48,970 nt of DNA from assembly GCA_005889225.1 (NCBI GenBank), contig VBEW01000077.1:1-48970 (forward strand), in the 5' to 3' direction. How positions within the stretch are numbered: position 1 is the stretch's first letter; the number at the start of each line of letters is the position of its first letter. This stretch comes from Chloroflexota bacterium (GTDB taxonomy: Bacteria; Chloroflexota; Dormibacteria; CF-121). Below, piece by piece: positions 7,803-16,946 of the stretch. Position numbers and translations under genes: made by a program. The notes beneath the pieces are model-generated. The model was not told the DNA's origin. It saw only the letters and a list, made by a program, of their open reading frames with translations, and made no database searches.

Positions 7803-8873
7803 TTAACCCGTGGCGCGAAGCGGTGTGGTGGCTGGCTCCAAAAAAAGCCGGCGGACGGCCTCGATGGCGTAGTCGACGTCGTCGGCGCTGACCCCCCGGT
7901 GAGTAACCATCCGCCATCGATCGGGTGATGCCTGGTCGAGCAACACGCCGACCGTACGGCATCGTTCGATGAATTGACGGGCGGTGAGGGGCGGACGGCA
8001 CTGGCCAAAGACCATGTTCGTCTCCACCGTCGCGAGGTCGACGTCGAACTCCGACAGTCCCTGCAGGCCTTCGGCCAGACGCCTGGCATTGACGTGATCG
8101 TCCGCGAGGCGATCGACCATTTCGTCCAGCGCGCACAGTCCCGCTGCCGCGAGAACGCCCGCCTGGCGCATGCCGCCGCCAAGCATCTTGCGCATCCGTC
8201 GAGCGCGCTCGGTGAAGGCGGCCGTGCCGGCCAGCATGGACCCGACCGGCGCACTCAATCCCTTGGAGAGGCAGAACATCACGGAGTCGACCGGACCAGT
8301 GAGCTCGCGGACGTCAACCTGCTGGGCGACAGCGGCATTGAAGACCCGGGCCCCGTCCAGGTGAACCTTCAAGCCGGCCTGATGAGCCACGTCGCAGAGC
8401 GCCTCGGTCTGGCCCGGGCTCAGACAGGTGCCACCCTTGCGATTGTGGGTGTTCTCGAAGCAGAGCAGAGCACTGCGTGGCTCGTGGATGTCCGGTTGCC
8501 GGATGACCCGCGAGATCTGCTCCGGCTGGAGCCGGCCGTTCTCGCTGTTCAGCGGGCGCAGCTGGAGCCCGCCGACGGCGGACGCTCCAGCGACTTCATT
8601 CTGAAAAATGTGGCTATCGACCTCCACGATGACCTCGTCGCCCGGCTGGGCGTGGCTGAGCAGCGCGCAGAGATTGCCCATCGTCCCGCTGGGGACGAAG
8701 AGCGATGCCTCCATGCCGACCATCTGCGCGGCGCGTTCCTGGAGGCGGTGGATGGTGGGGTCTTCGTCCCAAACGTCGTCGCCGACCTCCGCGACCGCCA
8801 TTGCCTTCCGCATCGACTCGGTCGGTTGCGTGAAGGTATCGCTGCGCAGCTCGACGATGCGCGCCATCAACAA
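7803..8873 (-). CDS. ltaE: low-specificity L-threonine aldolase (PLP-dependent, beta-eliminating lyase fold)
   Basis: N-terminus VELRSDTFTQPTESMRKAMAVAEVGDDVWDEDPTIHRLQERAAQMVGMEASLFVPSGTMGN is the canonical threonine aldolase pattern. Confidence 0.8.
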   Translation of the reverse strand: MLMARIVELRSDTFTQPTESMRKAMAVAEVGDDVWDEDPTIHRLQERAAQMVGMEASLFVPSGTMGNLCALLSHAQPGDEVIVEVDSHIFQNEVAGASAVGGLQLRPLNSENGRLQPEQISRVIRQPDIHEPRSALLCFENTHNRKGGTCLSPGQTEALCDVAHQAGLKVHLDGARVFNAAVAQQVDVRELTGPVDSVMFCLSKGLSAPVGSMLAGTAAFTERARRMRKMLGGGMRQAGVLAAAGLCALDEMVDRLADDHVNARRLAEGLQGLSEFDVDLATVETNMVFGQCRPPLTARQFIERCRTVGVLLDQASPDRWRMVTHRGVSADDVDYAIEAVRRLFLEPATTPLRATG

Positions 8874-8876
8874 AGT

Positions 8877-9560
8877 TTACCGGCCGAGCTGCGCGTAGAT
8901 CAGCGGGCGAGCGCTGATGACCTCGGTGATGGTGAGGTCGGATTTACGCTGGATGTCGACCTGCACCCGGGTCTGGAGGCTGCTGGCAGACAGGTCCGCC
9001 GCGGGCTCGAGCTGCTCCGGGTCGCCGATCACCAGGAGCACCAGGGGTGCGCTGACGGCATGCCCACCGATCATCAGCGTGTTTCTCTGGCTCACAATCG
9101 GCGTGCTGCCGATCATCCGACTGCCATTGAGCGAGAAGGCTTCGCCACCTGCGGTGCGAAGGCTGTTGAGCAGGTCCTGCAGCTCAAAGTCCATGATCGG
9201 CCCCATGATCCGGATCTGCAGTCCAGGGCCGTGGACCGGGACGCCGCCCGTGACCGCCCGTAGCGTCTGGAGCTCTTTTGAGATCGCCTGCGCGTCGGCG
9301 CCGCCGGCGGTTAAGGCCTGGCGCAGCTGAGTTTCCTGTTGCGAAAGCGCCGCCGCTTGCTGGATGAGCTGATTGTTGGCCCGGTTCAGGTCGTTGATCA
9401 GCAACGCCACGCTGGTGTCGTCCTGAGCCGCCAGGGTTCGGGCCACCACTGCCTGTGACCGGAGCTGCACGACCACGAGAAAGCCAAGCGCCAGGCCGAT
9501 CAGACTGACCACGATGACGCGTTGAAAACGGGCGGTCCCGTCAGCCGAGTGGTTGAGCAT
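8877..9560 (-). CDS. DUF881 domain membrane-anchored protein
   Basis: N-terminal TM segment, a coiled region, then VHGPGLQIRIMG and a C-terminal beta-rich part typical of DUF881 (YlxW/YlxX-like). Confidence 0.65.
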   Translation of the reverse strand: MLNHSADGTARFQRVIVVSLIGLALGFLVVVQLRSQAVVARTLAAQDDTSVALLINDLNRANNQLIQQAAALSQQETQLRQALTAGGADAQAISKELQTLRAVTGGVPVHGPGLQIRIMGPIMDFELQDLLNSLRTAGGEAFSLNGSRMIGSTPIVSQRNTLMIGGHAVSAPLVLLVIGDPEQLEPAADLSASSLQTRVQVDIQRKSDLTITEVISARPLIYAQLGR

Positions 9561-10266
9561 TCTTCACCAGGAAGGTCGCATCGTAGGCTGGCACGCTCAG
9601 CCGGGTACTGCGCAGCCAGCTCAAGCCGAGCCGGTAGATGCGATTACGGCTCTTGAGCTCGGCCAGCTGGTCCGGATCGCCAACCCCGTTGGCGAGCGTT
9701 GACGGATCGCCCAGCGCCGTCACGGTATACGGGCCGGTCAGCCGGTTGGCGTTGTTGATGAGAATGTTGACGCCGGCATAGTGGAAGGAGGTGGTGGGCA
9801 CCACCCGCTGCCCGTTTACCGTGACGGCCTCGGCGCCGCTCGCCCACAGCAGGCTGACGATGTCCTGCAGATCCTGGTAGTGGATCGTCCAGCCCAGCGA
9901 ACGGTCGGCCGGGTCATTCGGGTCGACGCCGTCGCGGAGCTGGATGGTCAAGCCGGGTCCGTGCAGGGCGGTAAGCCCGGCGATCGCCCTCTGTTCATCG
10001 AGCAGGGCCTTGACCTGCTGGACGGCGCTCGAGCGGCGGGCACTCTCGTCTTCCCGCGCCTTGACCTCGTTCTGCAGTGCCTGAACCCGCGCCTTCAGCG
10101 CCCGATTCTGGTCCTCGAGCTGGTTGACGCTCTGGCGCAGGGCTTCATCCCGAGCGAGCCGGTTGGACGACGCAAGCGGCTGGCTTCGAAACTGGGTGGC
10201 GGCGAGCCCGGTGACGAGAAATGTTGCAAGCGACACGCTTGCCAGGACCGTCATCCGCGGCGTCAC
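9541..10266 (-). CDS. DUF881 domain membrane-anchored protein (paralogue)
   Basis: Same architecture: TM segment, coiled coil LEDQNRALKARVQALQNEV, then LHGPGLTIQLRDG. Overlaps the downstream paralogue by 20 nt. Confidence 0.65.
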   Translation of the reverse strand: MTPRMTVLASVSLATFLVTGLAATQFRSQPLASSNRLARDEALRQSVNQLEDQNRALKARVQALQNEVKAREDESARRSSAVQQVKALLDEQRAIAGLTALHGPGLTIQLRDGVDPNDPADRSLGWTIHYQDLQDIVSLLWASGAEAVTVNGQRVVPTTSFHYAGVNILINNANRLTGPYTVTALGDPSTLANGVGDPDQLAELKSRNRIYRLGLSWLRSTRLSVPAYDATFLVKNAQPLG

Positions 10267-10339
10267 GGTGCCGTGTAGTGTAATGGGTGCCCGGCGCCGG
10301 GTCAGCGTTCATCGCCGGCGTACACGAGTAGGAGGAGCC

Positions 10340-11635
10340 ATGGCTCAGAAGGTAGAGGCGACGCCGCGCAGGGGCTTTGCGCAGCCAGATCCCGACCATT
10401 CGAATCCGTGGAAGATCGCCCAACGACAGTTCGATATCGCCGCTGAGGCGCTCGGGCTCGATCCGAACATGGCCCGGGTCCTGCGCGAGTGCAAGCGCGA
10501 ACTGACCGTCACCTTCCCGGTGCTGATGGACGACCACACGATCCAGATGTTCACCGGCTTTCGGGTGCATCACAACGTCGACCGCGGCCCCGCGAAAGGC
10601 GGCATTCGCTACCACCCCGGGGTCACCATCGACGAGGTTAAGGCGCTCGCCATGTGGATGACCTGGAAGTGCGCCGTGGTCGGGATTCCGTACGGCGGGG
10701 CGAAGGGTGGGGTGATCGTCGAGCCAAAGCGCCTCAGCCGTAATGAGCTCGAGAACCTGACCCGCCGCTATACCAGCGAGATCAGCATCTTGATTGGCCC
10801 GGACCGGGACATCCCCGCTCCCGACGTCAACACGAATGCCCAGATCATGGCCTGGATGATGGATACCATCAGCATGCACGCCGGCCACTCCGTGCCGGCG
10901 GTCGTCACCGGCAAACCGCTGGGCATCGGCGGCTCTGAAGGCAGGCCGGAAGCGACCGGCCGCGGTTGCCAGCTAACCACGCTGGCGGCGCTGAAGCATC
11001 TGAAGATCCGCCCTGAGGACGCGACCGTCGCGGTCCAGGGCGTCGGGAACGTCGGCTACACTACCGCCAAACTCCTGGCCCGGTCCGGCTGCAAGGTGAT
11101 CGCCGTCAGCGACTCGAATGGCGCCTGCTACAACGAAGGTGGCATCGAGCTCGACGAGGTCGTCCGCGAGAAGGAACTCAACGGCCGGCTGCGGCAGAAA
11201 GTCTGCGAGTTCATCTCCAACGAAGACTTACTGGAGCTGCCGGTCACCGTGCTGGTGCCGGCCGCACTGGAAAACCAGATCCACGAGGGAAACGCCAGCC
11301 GGATCAAGGCCAAGGTCGTCTGCGAGGGGGCCAACGGCCCGACCACCCCGGAGGCCGACGAGATTCTCTACGACAAGGGGGTGTTCGTCATCCCCGACAT
11401 CCTGGCCAACGCCGGTGGCGTGACCGTTTCGTATTTCGAGTGGGTCCAGGACCTCCAGGAGTTTTTCTGGGATGAGCACGACATCAACGAGCGCCTGGAG
11501 CGGATCATGTTGCGGGCGTTCGACAACGTGCTCAGAGTCAGCCTGGAAAAAAAGGTGATGATGCGCACCGCGGCCTACGTGCTGGCCGTCGACAAGGTCG
11601 CGCAAGCCACGACCATTCGCGGCATCTACCCCTAG
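10340..11635 (+). CDS. gdhA: NAD(P)-specific glutamate dehydrogenase (Glu/Leu/Phe/Val dehydrogenase family)
   Basis: KGGIRYHP and PYGGAKGGV motifs and a C-terminal Rossmann GVGNVG. The ATG at 10340 is preceded by GGAGGAG, and the 72 upstream ORF codons are R/S-rich and non-homologous. Confidence 0.9.
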   Translation: MAQKVEATPRRGFAQPDPDHSNPWKIAQRQFDIAAEALGLDPNMARVLRECKRELTVTFPVLMDDHTIQMFTGFRVHHNVDRGPAKGGIRYHPGVTIDEVKALAMWMTWKCAVVGIPYGGAKGGVIVEPKRLSRNELENLTRRYTSEISILIGPDRDIPAPDVNTNAQIMAWMMDTISMHAGHSVPAVVTGKPLGIGGSEGRPEATGRGCQLTTLAALKHLKIRPEDATVAVQGVGNVGYTTAKLLARSGCKVIAVSDSNGACYNEGGIELDEVVREKELNGRLRQKVCEFISNEDLLELPVTVLVPAALENQIHEGNASRIKAKVVCEGANGPTTPEADEILYDKGVFVIPDILANAGGVTVSYFEWVQDLQEFFWDEHDINERLERIMLRAFDNVLRVSLEKKVMMRTAAYVLAVDKVAQATTIRGIYP

Positions 11636-12120
11636 CCTCGTTTCAGATCGACCACGGTAGCGGCGGTCACCCGCGCCAGCTCCTGCGGCGCGATGGCAAA
11701 GACGTGCCGCGGCGTGCCGGCGGCCGCCCACACCACGTCGTACTGCAGCAGGTCGCGGTCGATGAAGGTCCGGATTGGCGTCGGAAAGCCGGTTGGTGGG
11801 ACCCCGCCGATGGCGTAGCCGGTCGCGTCGCGCACCGCGTTCGCGTCGGGCTTTCGGACTGGCGCTCCGGCCAGCGATGCGAGACGCCCGACGTCGAGTT
11901 GGTTCACGCCGGAAACGAGCGCGAGCACCGGCTTCTCGCCGGCGAGGAAGAGCAGTGACTTCACGATCTGTCCCACCTCGGTGCCGATCGAGTCGGCCGC
12001 CTCCTGAGCGGTGCGCGTGGAGGTCGAAAACTGCTCGATGCGCGCCGACACTCCGGCTCTTCTCAACGCGGCGCTGACCCGGTCCGGCGGCGAAAGTTGT
12101 TGATCCATCGAAAAACCCAT
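11632..12120 (-). CDS. YbaK/EbsC-type aminoacyl-tRNA editing (trans-deacylase) domain protein
   Basis: TAQEAADSIG...IVKSLLF...GYAIGGVPP pattern typical of YbaK/ProX-like deacylases. Shares a CTAG stop overlap with gdh. Confidence 0.72.
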   Translation of the reverse strand: MGFSMDQQLSPPDRVSAALRRAGVSARIEQFSTSTRTAQEAADSIGTEVGQIVKSLLFLAGEKPVLALVSGVNQLDVGRLASLAGAPVRKPDANAVRDATGYAIGGVPPTGFPTPIRTFIDRDLLQYDVVWAAAGTPRHVFAIAPQELARVTAATVVDLKRG

Positions 12121-12124
12121 CCGC

Positions 12125-12130
12125 TATAAT
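12125..12130 (+). promoter_or_regulatory. candidate -10 hexamer (perfect TATAAT) upstream of guaB3
   Basis: A perfect TATAAT sits in GC-rich context 70 nt before the guaB3 ATG. Only a weak -35 is present (TTGATC with a 19-nt spacer). Confidence 0.25.
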
Positions 12131-12200
12131 CCCCGAAAACCACCCGTACTGAGGTCCACGCATACCTTTTGAGCTCGACACGGTTTCGAGGTCGACCGCG

Positions 12201-13406
12201 ATGAGTGTGCGTGCGCCCGTCCAACCAGTCGCCGTCGTGGAGGGCGACACGCTGGAGGTGGGCCGTTTCAAGCGAGCCCGTCGGGCGTACGGCTTCGACG
12301 AGGTGGCGCTGGTGCCGGGGCGGATCACGATCAACCCACAAGAGGTCGACAGCACCTTCGAGCTGGGCGCCTTGCGCCTCGCCGTCCCCATCCTGGCGGC
12401 CGCCATGGACGGCGTCGTCGACGTCCGTTTCGCCGTTGAGATGGGCCGCCTGGGCGGGATGGCCGTCATCAACCTCGACGGACTGCAGACCCGTTATGTC
12501 GACCCCAGCAACGTCCTGCACGAGATTGCCGAGGCTCCCCGCGACCGCATCAATCAGTTGCTGCAGAAGGTCTATCAAGCCCCGATCCGGGAACACTTGA
12601 TCGGGGAGCGGATCACTGCCGTCAAGCGGGCCGGGGTCCCGGTCGCGGTGTCGACGGTGCCCGCCCAGGCCAGCCGGCGTTCGGGCGTCGTGCAGGAGGC
12701 GGGAGCGGATTGCCTGGTCGTCCAGGGTACGGTGCTGACCGCCCGCCACATCTCGCGCTCCTACGATCAGCTCTCGTTCGAAAAGCTCTGCGCCAGTCTC
12801 AGGATCCCCGTGGTTGCCGGCAACTGTGTCGAGTACGAGACGGCGCTGGAATTGATGCAGACCGGCATCACCGGCATCCTGGTGGGCGTTGGCCCGGGAG
12901 CGGCCTGCACAACCAGGGGGGTGTTGGGCGTCGGCGTCCCGCAGGTCACCGCGACCAGCGACGTCGCGGCCGCCCGCGAGACGTACCTTCGAGAAACCGG
13001 TCGGCGGGTCCAGGTCATCACGGATGGCGGGATGCGGGTGGGCGGCGACATCGCCAAGGCCTTCGCCTCCGGCGCCGACGCGGTGATGATCGGCTCGATC
13101 TTCGCCGGCACGACCGACGCGGCTGGCGGCGGCTATCACTGGGGTATGGCCACGCCCGACCCCAACCTGCCGCGCGGCACCCGAATCAAGGTCGGCCAGC
13201 GTGGGACGCTCCGCCAGGTGCTGCTGGGCCCGGCTCGCGTCGACGATGGTACCCAGAACCTGGTCGGCGCCCTGCGCTCCGCGATGGGGGTCTGCGGGGC
13301 GCGCACGCTGCGCGAGTTCCAGCAGACCGAGCTCGTGATCGCCCCGGCGATCCAGAACGAAGGCAAGCTCTTTCAGCAGGCGCAGCAAGTCGGGATGGGC
13401 ACATAG
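12201..13406 (+). CDS. guaB3: GuaB3-type IMP dehydrogenase-related protein (no CBS pair)
   Basis: [25 protein letters not shown] and the active-site-like loop [12 protein letters not shown]. At ~400 aa it lacks the CBS insertion of canonical GuaB. The start could be a downstream GTG. Confidence 0.8.
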   Translation: MSVRAPVQPVAVVEGDTLEVGRFKRARRAYGFDEVALVPGRITINPQEVDSTFELGALRLAVPILAAAMDGVVDVRFAVEMGRLGGMAVINLDGLQTRYVDPSNVLHEIAEAPRDRINQLLQKVYQAPIREHLIGERITAVKRAGVPVAVSTVPAQASRRSGVVQEAGADCLVVQGTVLTARHISRSYDQLSFEKLCASLRIPVVAGNCVEYETALELMQTGITGILVGVGPGAACTTRGVLGVGVPQVTATSDVAAARETYLRETGRRVQVITDGGMRVGGDIAKAFASGADAVMIGSIFAGTTDAAGGGYHWGMATPDPNLPRGTRIKVGQRGTLRQVLLGPARVDDGTQNLVGALRSAMGVCGARTLREFQQTELVIAPAIQNEGKLFQQAQQVGMGT

Positions 13407-13465
13407 CCGCCGCCAGTGCAGGCGGGGCCGTCGCCGCCCAGCATCACCCTCCGGCGGAGCGCAGC

Positions 13466-15004
13466 GTGGGGGAGGAGCTGGTGCTGGTTCTCGATTTCGG
13501 GTCGCAATACAGCCAGTTGATCGCTCGCCGGGTGCGTGAGGCCGGCGTTTACTGTGAATTGATTCCCGGATCGACACCATGGGCCGCGATCCGGGCTCGC
13601 GCCCCCAGGGCGCTCATCCTGTCGGGCGGGCCTGCCAGCGTGTACGGGGACGGGGCACCGCTTGCCGATCCGGCGGTGTTGACGGCCGGCATCCCGCTGC
13701 TCGGCATCTGCTACGGCATGCAGCTTCTCGCCCACCAGCTGGGTGGGCGGGTGGCCGGCGCCGGCAAGCGGGAGTACGGTCCGGCCAGCGTCCGGGTCGA
13801 TGAACCCTCGCGATTGTTCAAGGACCTGCCGTCGACCCTGTCGGTGTGGATGAGCCACGGCGACACCATCCTGGAGGCGCCCGCCGGCTTTCGGCGGCTC
13901 GCGCAATCCGACAATTCACTGATCGCGGCGATGGCCGATGACGCCGGGCGTTTCGGCATCGCCTTCCATCCGGAGGTCATCCATACCCCCCAGGGGCGTG
14001 AGATCATCCGGAACTTCCTTTATGAGGTGTCCGCCTGTCGCGGCAGCTGGAAGCCGGCCGCGTTCATCGAGCAGGCGACCAGCGCGATTCGCGAACAGGT
14101 GGGCGAGGGGCGGGTCCTCTGCGCGCTCTCCGGCGGCGTCGACTCGGCGGTATGCGCGACCCTGGTGCATCGCGCACTCCCGGGTCAACTGACCTGTTTG
14201 CTGGTTGATAATGGGCTGCTCCGGCGCGACGAGCGGCGCAGGGTCGAGGACGTGATGCAGCGGCATCTGGGCATCGAGGTGAAGACTGTCGACGCCGGCG
14301 ACCAGTTCCTGGCCGCCCTGCAGGGGGTTATCGATCCAGAAGAAAAGCGCCGGCGCATCGGTGCGACGTTCATCGCGGTCTTCGAGCGTGAGGCCGGGGC
14401 CTTGCGGAACGTCGATTTCCTGGCGCAGGGCACGCTCTATCCGGACGTGATCGAAAGCACGAGTCATGACACGGTCAATGCGCACCGCATCAAGACCCAC
14501 CACAACGTCGGTGGCTTGCCTCCAGACCTTCGCTTCGAGCTGGTCGAGCCGCTTCGATACCTCTTCAAGGACGAAGTCCGCGCGATCGGCTCCGCGTTGG
14601 GGCTTCCCGATGACATGGTGCTGCGGCAACCCTTCCCCGGTCCGGGGCTCGCGGTCCGCATCATCGGCGAGGTCACCCGGGACCGGCTCGAGACGCTACG
14701 GGCGGCCGACTGGATCGTTATCGACGAGATCAAAGCCGCCGGGCTCTATCGCTCGCTCTGGCAAGCCTTCGCGATCCTGACGCCGTTGCACAGCGTGGGC
14801 GTGATGGGCGACTACCGCACCTACGGCAACGTGGTCGCCGTCCGAGCCGTGCAGAGTGAGGACGGCATGACCGCCGACTGGGCGCGACTGCCATACGACG
14901 TCCTGGCGAAGATCTCGAGTCGCGTCGTCAACGAGGTTCCCGGCGTGAATCGCGTGGTGTACGACATCTCGTCGAAGCCGCCGTCGACGATCGAATGGGA
15001 ATAG
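13466..15004 (+). CDS. guaA: glutamine-hydrolysing GMP synthase
   Basis: [27 protein letters not shown] (Cys nucleophile), the PP-loop SGGVDS and the C-terminal end PPSTIEWE. The GTG at 13466 with GGCGGAG upstream gives a typical 512 aa. The ORF extension from 12710 lies out of frame inside guaB3. Confidence 0.9.
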   Translation: MGEELVLVLDFGSQYSQLIARRVREAGVYCELIPGSTPWAAIRARAPRALILSGGPASVYGDGAPLADPAVLTAGIPLLGICYGMQLLAHQLGGRVAGAGKREYGPASVRVDEPSRLFKDLPSTLSVWMSHGDTILEAPAGFRRLAQSDNSLIAAMADDAGRFGIAFHPEVIHTPQGREIIRNFLYEVSACRGSWKPAAFIEQATSAIREQVGEGRVLCALSGGVDSAVCATLVHRALPGQLTCLLVDNGLLRRDERRRVEDVMQRHLGIEVKTVDAGDQFLAALQGVIDPEEKRRRIGATFIAVFEREAGALRNVDFLAQGTLYPDVIESTSHDTVNAHRIKTHHNVGGLPPDLRFELVEPLRYLFKDEVRAIGSALGLPDDMVLRQPFPGPGLAVRIIGEVTRDRLETLRAADWIVIDEIKAAGLYRSLWQAFAILTPLHSVGVMGDYRTYGNVVAVRAVQSEDGMTADWARLPYDVLAKISSRVVNEVPGVNRVVYDISSKPPSTIEWE

Positions 15005-15026
15005 GTTCCCTTGGGGGTTCTAAGCG

Positions 15027-16304
15027 ATGAACGTCCTCATCGTGGGCGGCGGCGCGCGCGAGCACGCGCTGACGTGGAAGGCGCTGCAGAGCCCGCTGAC
15101 CGATACGGTGTTCTGTGCGCCCGGTAATGCCGCAACCGGGGCGATCGCCATCAATACCGGGCTTCAGCCGACCGACGCCGAGAATATCGCGAGGTTTGTG
15201 AACGAGCGCGACGTCGGGCTGACCGTCATCGGGCCGGAGGTGGCGGTCGCCGCCGGATTGGCCGACCGCCTGACCGCGGCCGGAAGGCTCGTCTTTGGGC
15301 CCACTCAGGCGGCGGGCCGCATCGAGAGCAGTAAGGCGTTCGCGAAATCGCTCATGGAACGCGCCGGGGTGCCAACGCCGGCCTATCGGGTCTTCTCCGA
15401 CCCGGGCAGCGCGAAGGACTTCGTGCGTGGCGAACGCCGCGCCTTCGTCGTCAAGGCCGACGGCCTGGCGAAAGGCAAGGGGACCCTGGTGGCGCGCGAT
15501 GCGGAGGAAACGCTGGAATGCATCGACACGCTGATGCTGCGCCGGACCGTCGGTGCCGCGGCCGATCGCATCGTGCTGGAAGAGAAGATCGCCGGGCGGG
15601 AGGTCTCGCTGATGGCGTTCGTCGATGGCGAACGCATCCTGCCGCTGGCGCCGGCGTGTGACTACAAACGCGCCTTCGACGGCGACAAAGGACCCAACAC
15701 GGGCGGGATGGGCGGATACTCGCCGGTCTCCTTCTTTGGGCCGGACGCCGTCGAAAAGGCTGTGACCACCGTATTGACACCCATCGTTGATGGATTGCGG
15801 GACGCTGGTACACCCTACCGCGGCTGCCTCTACGCCGGCTTGATGCTGGGGCCGGGAGGCATCCAGGCACTGGAATTCAACGCCCGCTTCGGCGACCCCG
15901 AGGCCCAGGTGGTTTTGCCACGGCTCGAGAATGACCTGATCGCCCTGCTGGAGGCAGCGGCGGGCGGCGAGCTCGCGGGAGCGAGCGGGTCATGGACCGC
16001 CAGGTCGAGTGTCGGAGTCGTCCTTGCGTCCCGCGGGTATCCCGGGACCTATACCACCGGGTTCCCGATCGAAGGGTTAGGCACGATCGAGCGCGACGTT
16101 CTTGTCTTCCATGCCGGCGCCGCGGCTGATCCGTCAGGCTATGTGACGGCCGGCGGCCGGGTCTTGACCCTGGTCGCGCTGGGCGATTCGATGGCCGAGG
16201 CTCGAGAGCGCGCCTATCGGAACGTCGAGCGCATTCGTTTTCAGGGCATGACCTATCGCAACGACCTCGCGGAGCGCGAGGTCGAAGCCCCGGCTCTGCC
16301 GTGA
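15027..16304 (+). CDS. purD: phosphoribosylamine-glycine ligase
   Basis: [15 protein letters not shown] start, an ATP-grasp core and 425 aa. Confidence 0.92.
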   Translation: MNVLIVGGGAREHALTWKALQSPLTDTVFCAPGNAATGAIAINTGLQPTDAENIARFVNERDVGLTVIGPEVAVAAGLADRLTAAGRLVFGPTQAAGRIESSKAFAKSLMERAGVPTPAYRVFSDPGSAKDFVRGERRAFVVKADGLAKGKGTLVARDAEETLECIDTLMLRRTVGAAADRIVLEEKIAGREVSLMAFVDGERILPLAPACDYKRAFDGDKGPNTGGMGGYSPVSFFGPDAVEKAVTTVLTPIVDGLRDAGTPYRGCLYAGLMLGPGGIQALEFNARFGDPEAQVVLPRLENDLIALLEAAAGGELAGASGSWTARSSVGVVLASRGYPGTYTTGFPIEGLGTIERDVLVFHAGAAADPSGYVTAGGRVLTLVALGDSMAEARERAYRNVERIRFQGMTYRNDLAEREVEAPALP

Positions 16305-16774
16305 GCGACGCGCCGCTCGTCGGCATCGTGATGGGCAGCGAGTCGGATCGGCCGACGATCCAGCGCTGCTGCGAGGTGCTCGACGGCTACGGCGTTTCGT
16401 ACGAGGTGGTGGTTCGCTCGGCGCACCGTGATCCCGAGGGCTGCCGGCAGTGGGCGACCGAGGCAGAAGGTCGAGGGCTCAAGGTGTTGATCGCCGCCGC
16501 CGGCGGGGCCGCCCATTTACCCGGCGTGGTCGCGGCCTGGAGCGTGCTGCCGGTCATCGGCGTGCCCATGTCCGCGGGCGTGCTTGGCGGGCTTGACGCC
16601 CTGCTGTCCATGGCGCAGATGCCGGCCGGGATCCCGGTCGCCACCGTCGCCATCGGGGAGGCCGGGGCCCGCAACGCCGGCCACCTGGCGATGGGCATCC
16701 TGGCGCTGGCCGACCCGGCCGCACGAGAAAAACTGGTCAAGCGACGGGAGGCTGGCCGGAAACCTAAGCCATAA
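16301..16774 (+). CDS. purE: 5-(carboxyamino)imidazole ribonucleotide mutase (class I PurE)
   Basis: [10 protein letters not shown] and SAHR motifs. The GTG start overlaps the purD stop (GTGA). Confidence 0.9.
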   Translation: MSDAPLVGIVMGSESDRPTIQRCCEVLDGYGVSYEVVVRSAHRDPEGCRQWATEAEGRGLKVLIAAAGGAAHLPGVVAAWSVLPVIGVPMSAGVLGGLDALLSMAQMPAGIPVATVAIGEAGARNAGHLAMGILALADPAAREKLVKRREAGRKPKP

Positions 16775-16911
16775 GCCGCGCGAGCCAGGCCAGGGTTTGG
16801 CTCAATCGCGCCCCAAGGGTGCTGGTGAGCGCCGTCGTCGAGCGCCAGTACGACGGGAGACATGGGGACTCATCCGCCAGGATCCTCGCGGCAGGCATGG
16901 CTTAACAATAA

Positions 16912-16940
16912 CTTTGGCCTTGAATTCGGCGACCTAGAAT
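16912..16940 (+). promoter_or_regulatory. candidate promoter (weak -35, -10 TAGAAT) placing the start site at or next to the pycB GTG (leaderless)
   Basis: TAGAAT at 16935-16940 lies 6 nt before the GTG at 16947. No Shine-Dalgarno lies between them. The -35 region CTTTGG/TTTGGC is only a partial match. Confidence 0.35.
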
Positions 16941-16946
16941 AGCGGC

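Noticed and set aside
7974-9263. 429-aa plus-strand ORF across the threonine aldolase and DUF881 genes
   Set aside because: It lies antisense to two co-oriented, tightly spaced genes with recognisable motifs. The composition is typical of a GC-rich off-frame.
10124-10339. 72-codon N-terminal extension of the glutamate dehydrogenase ORF (similar extensions exist for purN at 30849-30992, pyrB at 40434-40454 and pyrR at 41387-41404)
   Set aside because: The extensions overlap neighbouring genes or regulatory elements and lack homology. Internal ATG/GTG codons with an SD or a stop-start overlap give canonical N-termini.
12710-13465. 252-codon N-terminal extension of the guaA ORF (the ORF track gives 764 aa)
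   Set aside because: The extension lies out of frame inside guaB3 and is R/G/P-rich. GMP synthase homology begins at [13 protein letters not shown], and a GTG at 13466 with an SD gives the normal 512 aa.
12063-13580. 505-aa minus-strand ORF spanning guaB3 and the start of guaA
   Set aside because: It lies entirely antisense to two strongly recognisable genes. The translation is R/A/G/P/D-rich low-complexity sequence typical of open off-frames in GC-rich DNA. No family motifs are present.
16862-16906. 14-codon ORF (MGTHPPGSSRQAWL) in the purE-pycB spacer
   Set aside because: It is very short, the GGGAG lies only 2 nt from the ATG, and there is no supporting conservation information. It is most likely chance.
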